Positions 38,857 to 47,776 of a stretch of 64,000 nucleotides of DNA are shown one piece after another. The DNA comes from Candidatus Parcubacteria bacterium (GTDB lineage Bacteria > Patescibacteriota > Minisyncoccia > Phycocordibacterales > UBA918): assembly GCA_021731405.1 (NCBI GenBank), contig JAKFXN010000003.1, forward strand, positions 44,676-108,675, written 5' to 3'. Made by a program: the position numbers and the translations under genes. How positions within the stretch are numbered: the first letter of the stretch is position 1; the number at the start of each line of letters is the position of its first letter. Below the pieces are notes generated by a model that saw only the letters and a program-made list of their open reading frames with translations, made no database searches and was not told where the DNA came from.

Positions 38857-39648
38857 ATGAAGGATTCGCTTGAATTAATTATTAAAGACATCTATACCCT
38901 TGATCCGTCGCTCGTAGAGCAAGACGGTGAGGTACGGGCTTTGGTGAGTGCTCTTTCGGAGCAGAAACCAGTAGTCGTGATAGATGCTGCTTTTGTGCAA
39001 TCTTTGCGCGCTGACTTAGTGAAACCTGCTCGGGTGATGCCTGTTGTTGCCCCAACACCGTCAGCTTGGTGGATGGTATATGGAGCACCAGTTGGGGTTC
39101 TGGCACTCTTGCTGATTATGCTTATACCGAAGACGGAGCCTATGCGCAATGAAGTTCCAACCATTGCCCCTTCGCCAGTAAGAGAAGCAGATATGTATCT
39201 TGAGTCTTCGGATGGGGCGCAAGAGACTAAGCGTTCAGCTCCCGCCAGTGGCGCTGCCGAGTCAATGATGATGGAAGCAGATACTATGATGATGTCAGCT
39301 CCGGTGTCTGGAGACACCTTCCAAATCAGTACCCAAGCGCCTGGAGACACGGTCGTAGTAGACTTTGCCTCCCTTGAACAAGCGGGGTACTTAGTTATTC
39401 AAGCTTATACAGAAGAAGGTCCAGGAGAAATCCTTGGTACTAGTCCGCTCTTGGCTGCCGGTATGATAGAGCAGGTTCAAATTGTCTTGAATTTAACCAC
39501 AGAGCCTGACCAAACCTTCTTTGCGGTCCTATATCGAGACGATGGCGATGGGTTGTTCTCACTTGAAGCAGACATGATGGTCTATGACCAAAGTGGTACG
39601 GTACCGTTCTCACAAATGTTCTCAACTACACCGGCTCCACTCCCATAA
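38857..39648 (+). CDS. putative anti-sigma factor (single-pass membrane protein)
   Basis: Immediately downstream of ECF sigma, cytoplasmic N-term + one TM (WWMVYGAPVGVLALLLIMLI) + extracytoplasmic domain. Confidence 0.55.
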   Translation: MKDSLELIIKDIYTLDPSLVEQDGEVRALVSALSEQKPVVVIDAAFVQSLRADLVKPARVMPVVAPTPSAWWMVYGAPVGVLALLLIMLIPKTEPMRNEVPTIAPSPVREADMYLESSDGAQETKRSAPASGAAESMMMEADTMMMSAPVSGDTFQISTQAPGDTVVVDFASLEQAGYLVIQAYTEEGPGEILGTSPLLAAGMIEQVQIVLNLTTEPDQTFFAVLYRDDGDGLFSLEADMMVYDQSGTVPFSQMFSTTPAPLP

Positions 39649-39691
39649 TAGTGTTACCCTTAAGCTACAACTGCGTAGTACAAAAGAGGAA

Positions 39692-39729
39692 AGAAATTGC
39701 TTATGTCCTTGGGACATAAGCAATTTTCT
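39692..39729 (+). terminator. terminator
   Basis: aaattgcttatgtcc-ttgg-ggacataagcaatttt. Confidence 0.8.
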
Positions 39730-39771
39730 AAATGAGCATATTTTCTTAATAAAAATAATAGTAATAATCAT

Positions 39772-40785
39772 ATGGAATTTATCAAAAAGATTGATTGGAG
39801 TAAGCCAGGAATACAGCTCGCGTTTGTGGGTCTGTTTGGCGTATTCGCTTTTATAGTATTGTCGGGTACCAGTATTCAAAACCCAATGCCTTCATTCTCT
39901 AAGGACAGTGAAGAAGCGATGTATTATGGCGATGGCTATGCGGTTTCGTCAGATATGGGCATGGGATATGGACAAGAACTTTCTCTTCGTAATGTAGAAG
40001 GAAGCATCATGCCACCAATGCCAGATTTTGCCCCAGGCAATGACGCTGAAGCGTATGAGGTAAAGCAGTACTCAGCTACTATCGAAACTAGAAACCTAGA
40101 AGAGGATTGTTCTACTGTACGTTCACTCATGGAGCGCGAAGATGTTATCTTTCAAAATAAAAATGAATACGAACAAGGATGTTCATATAGTTTTAAGGTA
40201 GAGAAGGAGAGCGTTGAGGAAGTGCTAGCTATCTTAGAAGCGCTTGATCCAAAAGATCTTAGTGAAAACTCCTACACCATTAAGCGTGAAGTGGCTGATT
40301 ACACGGGAGAGATTGAAATTCTCGAGAAGAAGCTCGCTACGCTAGACCAGACTCTGACCCAATCGCTCGCCAGTTATGACACCCTAAGTGCACAAGCAAC
40401 TGCTCGAGGCGACGTAGCAACGCTCGCTCAGATTACTGAAAGTAAGATAACCCTTATTGAGCGCCTAACTATCACTCGTATTGATACTGTCGGACAACTC
40501 GATAGACTAGCTCGAGCGAAAGCTGAAGCGCTTGACCAGCTCGTGTACACAAACTTCTACGTAAATATTTACGAAAACACCTTCGTAAACGGTGAAGAGA
40601 TTAAGACTTCGTGGATAGAAGCGGTTAAAGAATTGGTGCGAGAGATCAACACCTTCGCACAAGAGGTAAGTCTTGGGTTTGTAGCACTCTTGTTTATGGT
40701 AGTGAAATATTCACTTTACGGTATCGTACTACTCTTTGTAGCTCGCTTTGCCTACTCATTCGCTCGAAAAGTCTGGACTTCATAG
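39772..40785 (+). CDS. DUF4349-like protein (N-terminal TM, coiled coil, C-terminal TM)
   Basis: Architecture and position next to ECF/anti-sigma pair. Confidence 0.45.
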   Translation: MEFIKKIDWSKPGIQLAFVGLFGVFAFIVLSGTSIQNPMPSFSKDSEEAMYYGDGYAVSSDMGMGYGQELSLRNVEGSIMPPMPDFAPGNDAEAYEVKQYSATIETRNLEEDCSTVRSLMEREDVIFQNKNEYEQGCSYSFKVEKESVEEVLAILEALDPKDLSENSYTIKREVADYTGEIEILEKKLATLDQTLTQSLASYDTLSAQATARGDVATLAQITESKITLIERLTITRIDTVGQLDRLARAKAEALDQLVYTNFYVNIYENTFVNGEEIKTSWIEAVKELVREINTFAQEVSLGFVALLFMVVKYSLYGIVLLFVARFAYSFARKVWTS

Positions 40786-40846
40786 TCAAATAGACCCAAT
40801 CGGTAAGATATTGCAGGATGCTCCGTCAACGTAAATAACAAACACT

Positions 40847-41059
40847 ATGTACGAAAAAGCTAAAACATTTACACTTTCAAAACCACTTCTCAAAAAGATA
40901 GTTGGTGGAGTGTTGGTGCTGATTGGCTTTGTGGCTCTTATCACGCCATTGACACCAGGAGCTATACTCTTCCTCTTCGTGGGCTTTGAGTTTCTTGGCC
41001 TCAGGTTTATGTTCCTCGACCGCCTTATTGGACGAAAACCAGCCTCTGCCTTAGAATAA
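40847..41059 (+). CDS. small membrane protein (70 aa, two TM)
   Basis: ORF + terminator 41088-41120. Confidence 0.45.
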   Translation: MYEKAKTFTLSKPLLKKIVGGVLVLIGFVALITPLTPGAILFLFVGFEFLGLRFMFLDRLIGRKPASALE

Positions 41060-41121
41060 TTGCAAAGGAGAACCCTAGGTAAAACGTAAAAGCCGCAAAT
41101 CCTATGGATTTGCGGCTTTTA

Positions 41122-41219
41122 CTATGCAAAATAAGACTCGATTGAGCATAATTATTGACTTTACTCATAAATTATGCTATTATACTAGCAGTACAGTCTC
41201 ATCCCGAGACTAAAGGAGT
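41122..41219 (+). repeat. copy A of 97-nt promoter-operator-RBS module
   Basis: 94/97 identical to 41508-41605; contains TTGACT-17-TATTAT, inverted repeat gcataattat/ataaattatgc around -35, hairpin agtctc-atccc-gagact, AAAGGAG SD. Confidence 0.9.
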
Positions 41220-41224
41220 TCGTC

Positions 41225-41440
41225 ATGTTGCACCCCGAAGCAAAAAACTTGCCCGCTACCAAGGAAGAAACACTCACAATGATCGAAATTGTGAAGTCGA
41301 CACTCGTTTTCGACAAGGAGGCTCTTGCAGATGCCGTCGATGAAGGTGACTACTACAAAATTCTGGAAGAGCAGCGCGAAGTCGCTGATTCCGAAAAGGA
41401 CCTCGCCGCGCTCGAAGCACATCTCTTGACCTTCCAGTGA
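41225..41440 (+). CDS. cassette A cargo: acidic 71-aa helical protein
   Basis: ATG 6 nt after SD of the repeat module; terminator 41447-41490. Confidence 0.55.
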   Translation: MLHPEAKNLPATKEETLTMIEIVKSTLVFDKEALADAVDEGDYYKILEEQREVADSEKDLAALEAHLLTFQ

Positions 41441-41507
41441 AAGATTTACCGCCTTTAAGACAAAACCTGTCTTCGGGCGGTTTTGTTTTGTCTAAAAGCA
41501 GCTCCTG

Positions 41508-41605
41508 CTATGCAAAATAAGACTCGATTGAGCATAATTATTGACTTTACCCATAAATTATGCTATTATATTAGCAGTACAGTCTCATTCCGAGACTAAA
41601 GGAGT
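41508..41605 (+). repeat. copy B of 97-nt promoter-operator-RBS module
   Basis: see copy A. Confidence 0.9.
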
Positions 41606-41609
41606 TCCC

Positions 41610-41900
41610 ATGAAATTTGTCCTGAACCTTGTTGCTGCCACCCTTGCTGCAATTGGCGCCATCACGCTGATTAATCTCGGTGTTGAAGGCTTCTCGAGAG
41701 AGAAAGCTATCGTCAAAACTGAAAAGTTCGAACCGTCCCGATATGTTCACAGAAATGGGCTTGATAAAGCACAGCTTCTCTGTGAAAAATATGGTGGCAT
41801 TCTCTCCATTGGAGGCATGTATATCCAAGATGGCGTGAGGTATGAGCTCATGTGTATGTATGGGAAGGAGATGACGTTTGAAATCTTGCTTTCAAAATGA
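41610..41900 (+). CDS. cassette B cargo: 96-aa secreted/anchored Cys-containing protein
   Basis: ATG 41610 right after module SD (ORF track offers upstream in-frame start 41541 inside the module); signal-like MKFVLNLVAATLAAIGAITL; terminator 41902-41940. Confidence 0.55.
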   Translation: MKFVLNLVAATLAAIGAITLINLGVEGFSREKAIVKTEKFEPSRYVHRNGLDKAQLLCEKYGGILSIGGMYIQDGVRYELMCMYGKEMTFEILLSK

Positions 41901-42153
41901 CCGCCTTCAGACAAGACTGTCTAAGGCGGTTTTGTTTTGTCTAAAAGACCCCAAAAGGTTGACTTTTCCTCACCATTTGGTACTGTAGGCGGGTTCCAAC
42001 CTCACGCGGGATTGAAGTGTCACCCGCACAAAAGTAGCAGAAGCACAGGTTATTAAGGGTTGGGAATCTCTGTTAAGGACGGCCGTTACCTTTCTTTACA
42101 AGAGATTCTCACAGAGGCGCCACAAGCGCTTATTTATTCGTTGTTAGAAAAAC

Positions 42154-42495
42154 ATGTCACGTTCACTCTATAAAGGACCATACATAGACGAAAAGCTACT
42201 GAAGAAGATCGCCGGCAAGAAAGCCGGAGAGAGTGTAGTCATCAAGACCTGGTCACGCGATAGTGTTATCGCTCCAGAAATGGTGGGATTCACATTTGGC
42301 GTACACAACGGTAAGGATCATATTCCAGTTACCGTCGCCGAAGAAATGGTAGGTCACCGATTAGGGGAGTTCTCTCCAACTAAGAAGTTCCACCGACACG
42401 GAGGAAAGATGCAGAAGGAACTAGAGCAGAAGAAGAAGGAAGCAGAAATCTCAGCCGCAAAAGCAGCTAAGACAACTTCAGCAACTAAGAAGTAG
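42154..42495 (+). CDS. rpsS: 30S ribosomal protein S19 with Lys-rich C-terminal extension
   Basis: [19 protein letters not shown]...[17 protein letters not shown]. Confidence 0.95.
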   Translation: MSRSLYKGPYIDEKLLKKIAGKKAGESVVIKTWSRDSVIAPEMVGFTFGVHNGKDHIPVTVAEEMVGHRLGEFSPTKKFHRHGGKMQKELEQKKKEAEISAAKAAKTTSATKK

Positions 42496-42507
42496 GGTAT
42501 ATACATT

Positions 42508-42831
42508 ATGAAAGCAATTCTAAAAAATTACCGCCAATCACCTCGAAAAGTCCGCTTAATTGCTGACGTTGTTCGCGGAAAGAAGGTAGGAGAAGCCCTC
42601 GCGATGTTGAAGTTTGTAGATAAGCGCGCATCAGGTCCATTTGCTAAGGTAGTTGAATCTGCACTTGCAAACGCTATCCACGCTGGAAAGCAACCTGAAC
42701 GTCTTTTCATCAAGAAAGTTTCAGTCGACAAAGGAACCATTATCAAGCGCTTTATGCCACGTGCCCGCGGTTCAGCATCACGTATTAACAAGCGAAATAG
42801 TCACATCTCAGTCGAACTCGGCGAGAAATAA
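42508..42831 (+). CDS. rplV: 50S ribosomal protein L22
   Basis: MKAILKNYRQSPRKVRLIADVVRGKKV. Confidence 0.9.
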   Translation: MKAILKNYRQSPRKVRLIADVVRGKKVGEALAMLKFVDKRASGPFAKVVESALANAIHAGKQPERLFIKKVSVDKGTIIKRFMPRARGSASRINKRNSHISVELGEK

Positions 42832-42836
42832 TACCT

Positions 42837-43553
42837 ATGACACACGTAGCACATCCATATGTACAGCGCATTGGTGTAAACCGCGACTGGAAGAGTCGAT
42901 GGTTCACAACTGATCCAAAGAAGTTCCGCGAGTACATTCGCGCAGACGCAGCAGTTCGAAAGCTTCTTGAAAAGAAACTTAAGGGAATGTCAGTTGATAC
43001 GGTAGAGATTGAACGAAGTCAAAAAGAACTTCGCATTATCGTAAAGACAGCACGACCAGGTCTCGTTATTGGCCGCAGTGGAGAAGGTGCAACCAAGCTC
43101 AAGAAAGAGATTGATATGCTCCTGCGAACACTTAAGCTCACTGACAAGGCAGAAATCAAGCTTGATGTTGAAGAAGTTCGTTCTCCAGAATCTAGTGCCA
43201 ACATCGTTGGTCAGATGATTGCCGAAGGACTTGAGAAGCGTCTTACTTTCCGTCGAGTGATGAAGCAAACTATTGAAAAAGTAATGGCTAACCGAGATGT
43301 AGAAGGAGTACGTATTATTCTTTCAGGTCGTCTTGGAGGAGCTGATATGGCTCGAAAAGAAGAACTAAAGAAAGGACGAATCCCACTACAAACCCTACGC
43401 GCTGATATTGATTTTGCACGAGTAACGGCTCGTCTCCCATACGGCGCAATTGGTATCAAGGTTTGGATCTATCGAGGACAAGTGTTTGCAGACCGAAAAG
43501 CTAACCCAGCTGAGGCCGCACCACGAACACCACGACCTACTCGCAACGCATAA
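42837..43553 (+). CDS. rpsC: 30S ribosomal protein S3
   Basis: HPYVQRIGVNRDWKSRWF, KH domain, 238 aa. Confidence 0.95.
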   Translation: MTHVAHPYVQRIGVNRDWKSRWFTTDPKKFREYIRADAAVRKLLEKKLKGMSVDTVEIERSQKELRIIVKTARPGLVIGRSGEGATKLKKEIDMLLRTLKLTDKAEIKLDVEEVRSPESSANIVGQMIAEGLEKRLTFRRVMKQTIEKVMANRDVEGVRIILSGRLGGADMARKEELKKGRIPLQTLRADIDFARVTARLPYGAIGIKVWIYRGQVFADRKANPAEAAPRTPRPTRNA

Positions 43554-43563
43554 TTGAATCAGT

Positions 43564-43998
43564 ATGTTATTTCCTAAAAAAGTAAAACACCGAAAGTGGC
43601 AAAATGGCCGAATGAGTGAAGAAAAGCGTTCTACGCCAGACACTCGAGGCATCACTGTGTCTTTTGGTTCATATGGACTAAAAGCTACCTCAGCTTCACG
43701 AGTACGTTCAAACCAAATCGAAGCGGCTCGTCGAGTAATCTCAAGAACACTCGGTAAGACTGGAAAAATTTGGATTCGTATTTTCCCAGACAGACCAATT
43801 ACAAAGAAAGCTGCTGAACTACCGATGGGTAAAGGAAAAGGAGATCCAGATCACTTCGTATTTGAAGTGAAGCCAGGAAGAATTATCTTTGAGGTAGAAG
43901 GAGTCACAGAAGATTTGGCGAAAGAAGCTTTCCGTAAGGCTACTGCTAAGCTTCCATTAAAAGGTAACCTCGTGCGTCGTGAAGACACACGCGCGTAA
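43564..43998 (+). CDS. rplP: 50S ribosomal protein L16
   Basis: MLFPKKVKHRKWQNGRM, 144 aa. Confidence 0.95.
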   Translation: MLFPKKVKHRKWQNGRMSEEKRSTPDTRGITVSFGSYGLKATSASRVRSNQIEAARRVISRTLGKTGKIWIRIFPDRPITKKAAELPMGKGKGDPDHFVFEVKPGRIIFEVEGVTEDLAKEAFRKATAKLPLKGNLVRREDTRA

Positions 43999-44010
43999 TA
44001 TTCTAGCTAT

Positions 44011-44211
44011 ATGACAAACATGTCAGAAATCAGAAAGAAAACTGAAGCCGAACTCGTAGAGTTGGTGAACACCACTCGGGAGACACTTCGTGCTGAACGT
44101 TTCAAGGATAAGTTCAGCCGAAAGGCGAGCGTTATCACTGGTGCAAAGCGAGAAATTGCCCGCGCGCTTACACTGCTCTCAGCACGACGAAATAATAAAG
44201 ACGCACAATAA
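44011..44211 (+). CDS. rpmC: 50S ribosomal protein L29
   Basis: 66 aa, position between rplP and rpsQ. Confidence 0.9.
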   Translation: MTNMSEIRKKTEAELVELVNTTRETLRAERFKDKFSRKASVITGAKREIARALTLLSARRNNKDAQ

Positions 44212-44213
44212 GT

Positions 44214-44474
44214 ATGACAACTGAAAACACAACAGTATCAAGCCGTCGTACCCTTCGTGGAACTGTGATCGCTTCAAAAATGCAAGACACTATTACGGTA
44301 GCAGTCGAGCGATACGTGAAGCATCCAAAGTACAAGAAGTTTATGCGCCGCACGAAAAAATTCTTGGTACATGACGCAGGCAACACAGCAAAGGTCGGAG
44401 CAGTAGTAGACATAAGGGAGATTCGCCCAATGTCAAAGCGAAAGCATTTTGAGCTAGTAATCAACACAAAATAG
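44214..44474 (+). CDS. rpsQ: 30S ribosomal protein S17
   Basis: RRTLRGTVIASKMQDTITVAVERYVKHPKYKK. Confidence 0.95.
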   Translation: MTTENTTVSSRRTLRGTVIASKMQDTITVAVERYVKHPKYKKFMRRTKKFLVHDAGNTAKVGAVVDIREIRPMSKRKHFELVINTK

Positions 44475-44475
44475 T

Positions 44476-44847
44476 ATGATTCAGCCACAAACAATAGTGA
44501 AAATCACTGACAACTCTGGCGCTAAAGTCGGACGAGTATTTAAGGTGCTCGGCGGCTCTAAGAAGCGTTATGCAGAGTTAGGAGAGATGGTGGTATTGTC
44601 AGTACAAACAGCAGAGCCACGAAAGCAAGTGAAGAAGAAGGACGTGGTATACGGTGTAGTAGTACGACAACGAAAGCCGTTTCGACGAAAGGATGGATCG
44701 TACGTCAGTTTTGACGACAATGCAGTAGTGCTTATTGATAAAGCAAAGAAGGAGCCTCGCGCAAACCGCGTCTTTGGTCCGATTCCGCGTGAAATCTCTG
44801 AAGCTGGTTATCAGAAAATAGTTTCATTGGCGCCAGAAGTGGTGTAA
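44476..44847 (+). CDS. rplN: 50S ribosomal protein L14
   Basis: MIQPQTIVKITDNSGAK. Confidence 0.95.
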   Translation: MIQPQTIVKITDNSGAKVGRVFKVLGGSKKRYAELGEMVVLSVQTAEPRKQVKKKDVVYGVVVRQRKPFRRKDGSYVSFDDNAVVLIDKAKKEPRANRVFGPIPREISEAGYQKIVSLAPEVV

Positions 44848-44869
44848 TGAGACAACTAACTATTTCACT

Positions 44870-45181
44870 ATGAAAATCAGAAAAGGAGACACCGTACAGG
44901 TAACTACTGGAAAAGATAAAGGCAAGAAGGGGACAGTCCTTGTTGTTCTTGCTAAGTCAGAACAAGTAGTAGTAGAGGGGCTTAATATTGCAAAGCGACA
45001 CCAGAAGAGTAAGCGAACTCGTTCACAAGGTCAGATTATTGAAAAGAGTGCACCAATCCACGTATCAAACGTTTCTCTTCTTGAAGGGGACAAGCCGGTA
45101 CGAGTAGGGTACGCCTTTGAAGGCGAAGGCGACAAGCGAAAGAAGGTTCGCGTCGCTCGTCCTAGTGGTAAGAAATTATAA
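44870..45181 (+). CDS. rplX: 50S ribosomal protein L24
   Basis: MKIRKGDTVQVTTGKDKGKKGTVL. Confidence 0.95.
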   Translation: MKIRKGDTVQVTTGKDKGKKGTVLVVLAKSEQVVVEGLNIAKRHQKSKRTRSQGQIIEKSAPIHVSNVSLLEGDKPVRVGYAFEGEGDKRKKVRVARPSGKKL

Positions 45182-45185
45182 TAGT

Positions 45186-45719
45186 ATGGAAACGACAATA
45201 ACTCGACTCGGGAGCGTCTATACAGCACTCAAAAGTGACTTCGGTTACAAGAATGTGATGCAGGCCCCGAAGTTAGAAAAGATAGTGATTTCAGTTGGTA
45301 CTGGTCGCGTTCAAGATAAGGCAAAGATTGCTCTTATCCAAGATCGTCTCGCTCGTATCACTGGTCAAAAAGCCTCAGCTCGTCCAGCTAAGCAATCAAT
45401 CGCTTCATTCAAGCTTCGTGAAGGAGATATCGTAGGATATCAAATCACGCTGCGAGGTAAGCGTATGATTCACTTCATGGACAAGCTCACTCACATTGCT
45501 CTACCGCAAACTCGCGACTTTCGTGGGCTTAAGGTCTCAGCAATTGATGAAATGGGTAACTACACTATGGGTATCAAAGAACACTCTATTTTCCCAGAAT
45601 GTGGTGACGAAGACACCAAAGATGTATTTTCATTTGCAGTTACACTGGTAACTACAGCGAAAACAAAGCCGGAAGCAGAAGCTTTCTTGCGTCACATCGG
45701 CGTTCCGCTTCAAAAATAA
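45186..45719 (+). CDS. rplE: 50S ribosomal protein L5
   Basis: METTITRLGSVYTALKSDFGYKNVMQAPKLEKIVISVGTG; ORF track start 45117 overlaps rplX. Confidence 0.95.
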   Translation: METTITRLGSVYTALKSDFGYKNVMQAPKLEKIVISVGTGRVQDKAKIALIQDRLARITGQKASARPAKQSIASFKLREGDIVGYQITLRGKRMIHFMDKLTHIALPQTRDFRGLKVSAIDEMGNYTMGIKEHSIFPECGDEDTKDVFSFAVTLVTTAKTKPEAEAFLRHIGVPLQK

Positions 45720-45997
45720 GCTCTGCTTATTTTTAGAAAGCAAAGAGTTTTGCTTTCGGAAGAGGAACGAGACGGAGACATGTTTGGCTATGACTAATGC
45801 CAAACAGTCGAGTCCGGGGTGAGGAAGAGTCAAAACTCTTCCGCAAGACTTCTTGAGATATTTGAAGAATGAAAATATCCAAGAAGTGGACAGCTTCTGT
45901 AAGAAGGAAGTTCTTAGTGAGCGCAGCGAACTTAGAAACTTGACCCTACCTTTGCAGAAACCAGCTGAAGCTAAGTAACCTTAGTAAAGCAAAACAA

Positions 45998-46031
45998 CAA
46001 AACCCCGCGCCTCAGGCGCGGGGTTTTGTTG
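45998..46031 (+). terminator. terminator
   Basis: aaaaccccgcgcc-tca-ggcgcggggttttgttg. Confidence 0.85.
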
Positions 46032-46098
46032 TTGACATAGCAAAGATAAGTTGGTTTTATAAGTAAGGAACCTGTCCTTACTAACTTCTGGAGGTGTT

Positions 46099-46428
46099 AT
46101 GCCTAAAATCACTGACGATCACGCAAAGGCAGGCGGGCATTCAGCTGCCGCGTCAAAAGCGAATGCTTTTTCGACTCCACCCAAGCGAGATGAGGCGCTT
46201 ACTGAGCGGATTTTGCTTAGTGGCGGCGGCTACAAGGTGGTGTTTCCTCCCGACTGGCACAAGAAAAATGGCCGCAAAGGGGGAGAAGAAACGCTGTCTT
46301 CAGCTGAAAGTGGTGCGCCTCGGTTTAAATTGGGTGACCACCCACTTGATGTTGATGTGCTTACGCGACTCAATTTTCTTCCTGTTCACCGTCATGGCTT
46401 TGCAAAAGACAAAAAACAGCGCTCTTAG
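46099..46428 (+). CDS. GC-shifted orphan ORF (109 aa, basic, unknown function)
   Basis: GC ~52% vs ~42% neighbours; GGAGG 5 nt before ATG; perfect terminator 46427-46465; alternative-frame ORF 46094-46468 in track is considered spurious. Confidence 0.5.
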   Translation: MPKITDDHAKAGGHSAAASKANAFSTPPKRDEALTERILLSGGGYKVVFPPDWHKKNGRKGGEETLSSAESGAPRFKLGDHPLDVDVLTRLNFLPVHRHGFAKDKKQRS

Positions 46429-46465
46429 ACAAACACTCGCTTCGGCGAGTGTTTCTTTTTGTTTG
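46427..46465 (+). terminator. terminator
   Basis: aaacactcgc-ttcg-gcgagtgtttctttttgtttg. Confidence 0.85.
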
Positions 46466-46645
46466 TAAGTAAAGGTAAAGCAGTTTCTCTTGACTTTAAG
46501 CCATTTTTTGGTACTCTTGCGGGCAAGGCGAGGCACTTAGAAATCTCAAAATATCTTAGTGTCCGCTGCTTGGCCGTAGGCTAGGCGATTATCAGGGGAT
46601 GAGTTGCGAATAACTACGCAATACCATCTCATAAAACACATATTT

Positions 46646-46831
46646 GTGGCACGTAAATCAGTAATACTGCGCTCAGTGCGCGAACCAAAGTATGCTTGCC
46701 AAGTCGTAAGACGCTGCAAGCTGTGTGCTCGAAAGCGAGGATATATGCGAGACTTTGATCTCTGCCGTATCTGTTTCCGCGAACTAGCACATGAAGGACA
46801 TATACCAGGAATAAAGAAATCATCATGGTAG
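46646..46831 (+). CDS. rpsZ: 30S ribosomal protein S14 type Z (zinc-binding, 61 aa; GTG start)
   Basis: MARKSVILRSVREPKYAC...CKLCARKRGYMRDFDLCRICFRELAHEGHIPGIKKSSW matches the S14Z consensus; ORF track TTG at 46604 is less likely. Confidence 0.85.
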   Translation: MARKSVILRSVREPKYACQVVRRCKLCARKRGYMRDFDLCRICFRELAHEGHIPGIKKSSW

Positions 46832-47223
46832 GCGATACAATTGGCGATTTCATTATCCGTTTGAAGAACGCAGGTATGGTTGGAAAGAAAGAAGTTTCTC
46901 TTCCATACTCAAAGCTCCGTCACGCAATTGCTGACAAGCTCGTTCTCGCTGGATACATCGAAAAAGCAGAGCAACAAGGAAAGAAGGATAAGGTTCAAAA
47001 GACACTTGCGGTAACCCTTAAGTACGAAGCTGGAAAGCATCGTATCAACGGTGTGAAGCGTGTTTCAAAGCCAGGACGTCGTTTGTACACAAAGGTCGCA
47101 GATATTCATCGAGTTAAGTTTGGTAACGGGCACATGATCCTTTCTACACCAGCTGGCATCCTCACCAATGAGGAAGCGCGAGCGCAAAATGTAGGTGGAG
47201 AGCAGCTCTTTATCATTTGGTAA
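46825..47223 (+). CDS. rpsH: 30S ribosomal protein S8
   Basis: DTIGDFIIRLKNAGMVGKK. Confidence 0.95.
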   Translation: MVGDTIGDFIIRLKNAGMVGKKEVSLPYSKLRHAIADKLVLAGYIEKAEQQGKKDKVQKTLAVTLKYEAGKHRINGVKRVSKPGRRLYTKVADIHRVKFGNGHMILSTPAGILTNEEARAQNVGGEQLFIIW

Positions 47224-47224
47224 T

Positions 47225-47755
47225 ATGAGTCGTTTAGGAAAACAACCAGTAACAATTCCAGCCGGCGTCACTGTTACTTTTGAAGACGGACTACTTACAG
47301 TAGTTGGTCCAAAAGGAACACTGACCCGTGTCATTAAATCAGATGTGGCTATTCTCGTTGCTGACGGTCAAGTAACTTTGACTCCAGGAACTACTCCAGA
47401 CGCACCAGCGCTTTGGGGAACATATGCAGCCCATGTTCGAAACATGATTAAGGGAGTTACTGAAGGATTTACCAAGATTTTGGAAATCGAAGGAGTTGGT
47501 TACCGTGCAGAGCTTAAGGGTACAAACCTAACACTCAGTGTTGGATTTTCACACCCAGTTCTACTTGAAGTACCAGCCGGTATTACCGCATTGGTAGAAA
47601 AGAGTGTGGTGACGCTCACTGGTGCCGACAAAGATTTGCTCGGTCAGTTTGCTGCTAACGTTCGAAAGGTAAAGAAGCCAGAACCATACAAGGGTAAGGG
47701 TATTCGTTACCGAGGAGAGTTTATTATTCGCAAACAAGGTAAGAAGGCTGCGTAG
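47225..47755 (+). CDS. rplF: 50S ribosomal protein L6
   Basis: MSRLGKQPVTIPAGVTVTFEDG. Confidence 0.95.
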   Translation: MSRLGKQPVTIPAGVTVTFEDGLLTVVGPKGTLTRVIKSDVAILVADGQVTLTPGTTPDAPALWGTYAAHVRNMIKGVTEGFTKILEIEGVGYRAELKGTNLTLSVGFSHPVLLEVPAGITALVEKSVVTLTGADKDLLGQFAANVRKVKKPEPYKGKGIRYRGEFIIRKQGKKAA

Positions 47756-47776
47756 GCCCGTAATTCGAATTGAAAT

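Noticed and set aside
41541-41609. Upstream extension of cassette-B ORF (MTLPINYAIILAVQSHSETKGVP...)
   Set aside because: These codons lie inside the conserved promoter/leader module, which in copy A is clearly non-coding; the ATG after the SD is preferred
46604-46831. TTG-start 75-aa version of S14
   Set aside because: Alignment to the S14Z consensus supports the internal GTG at 46646 giving the canonical 61-aa protein
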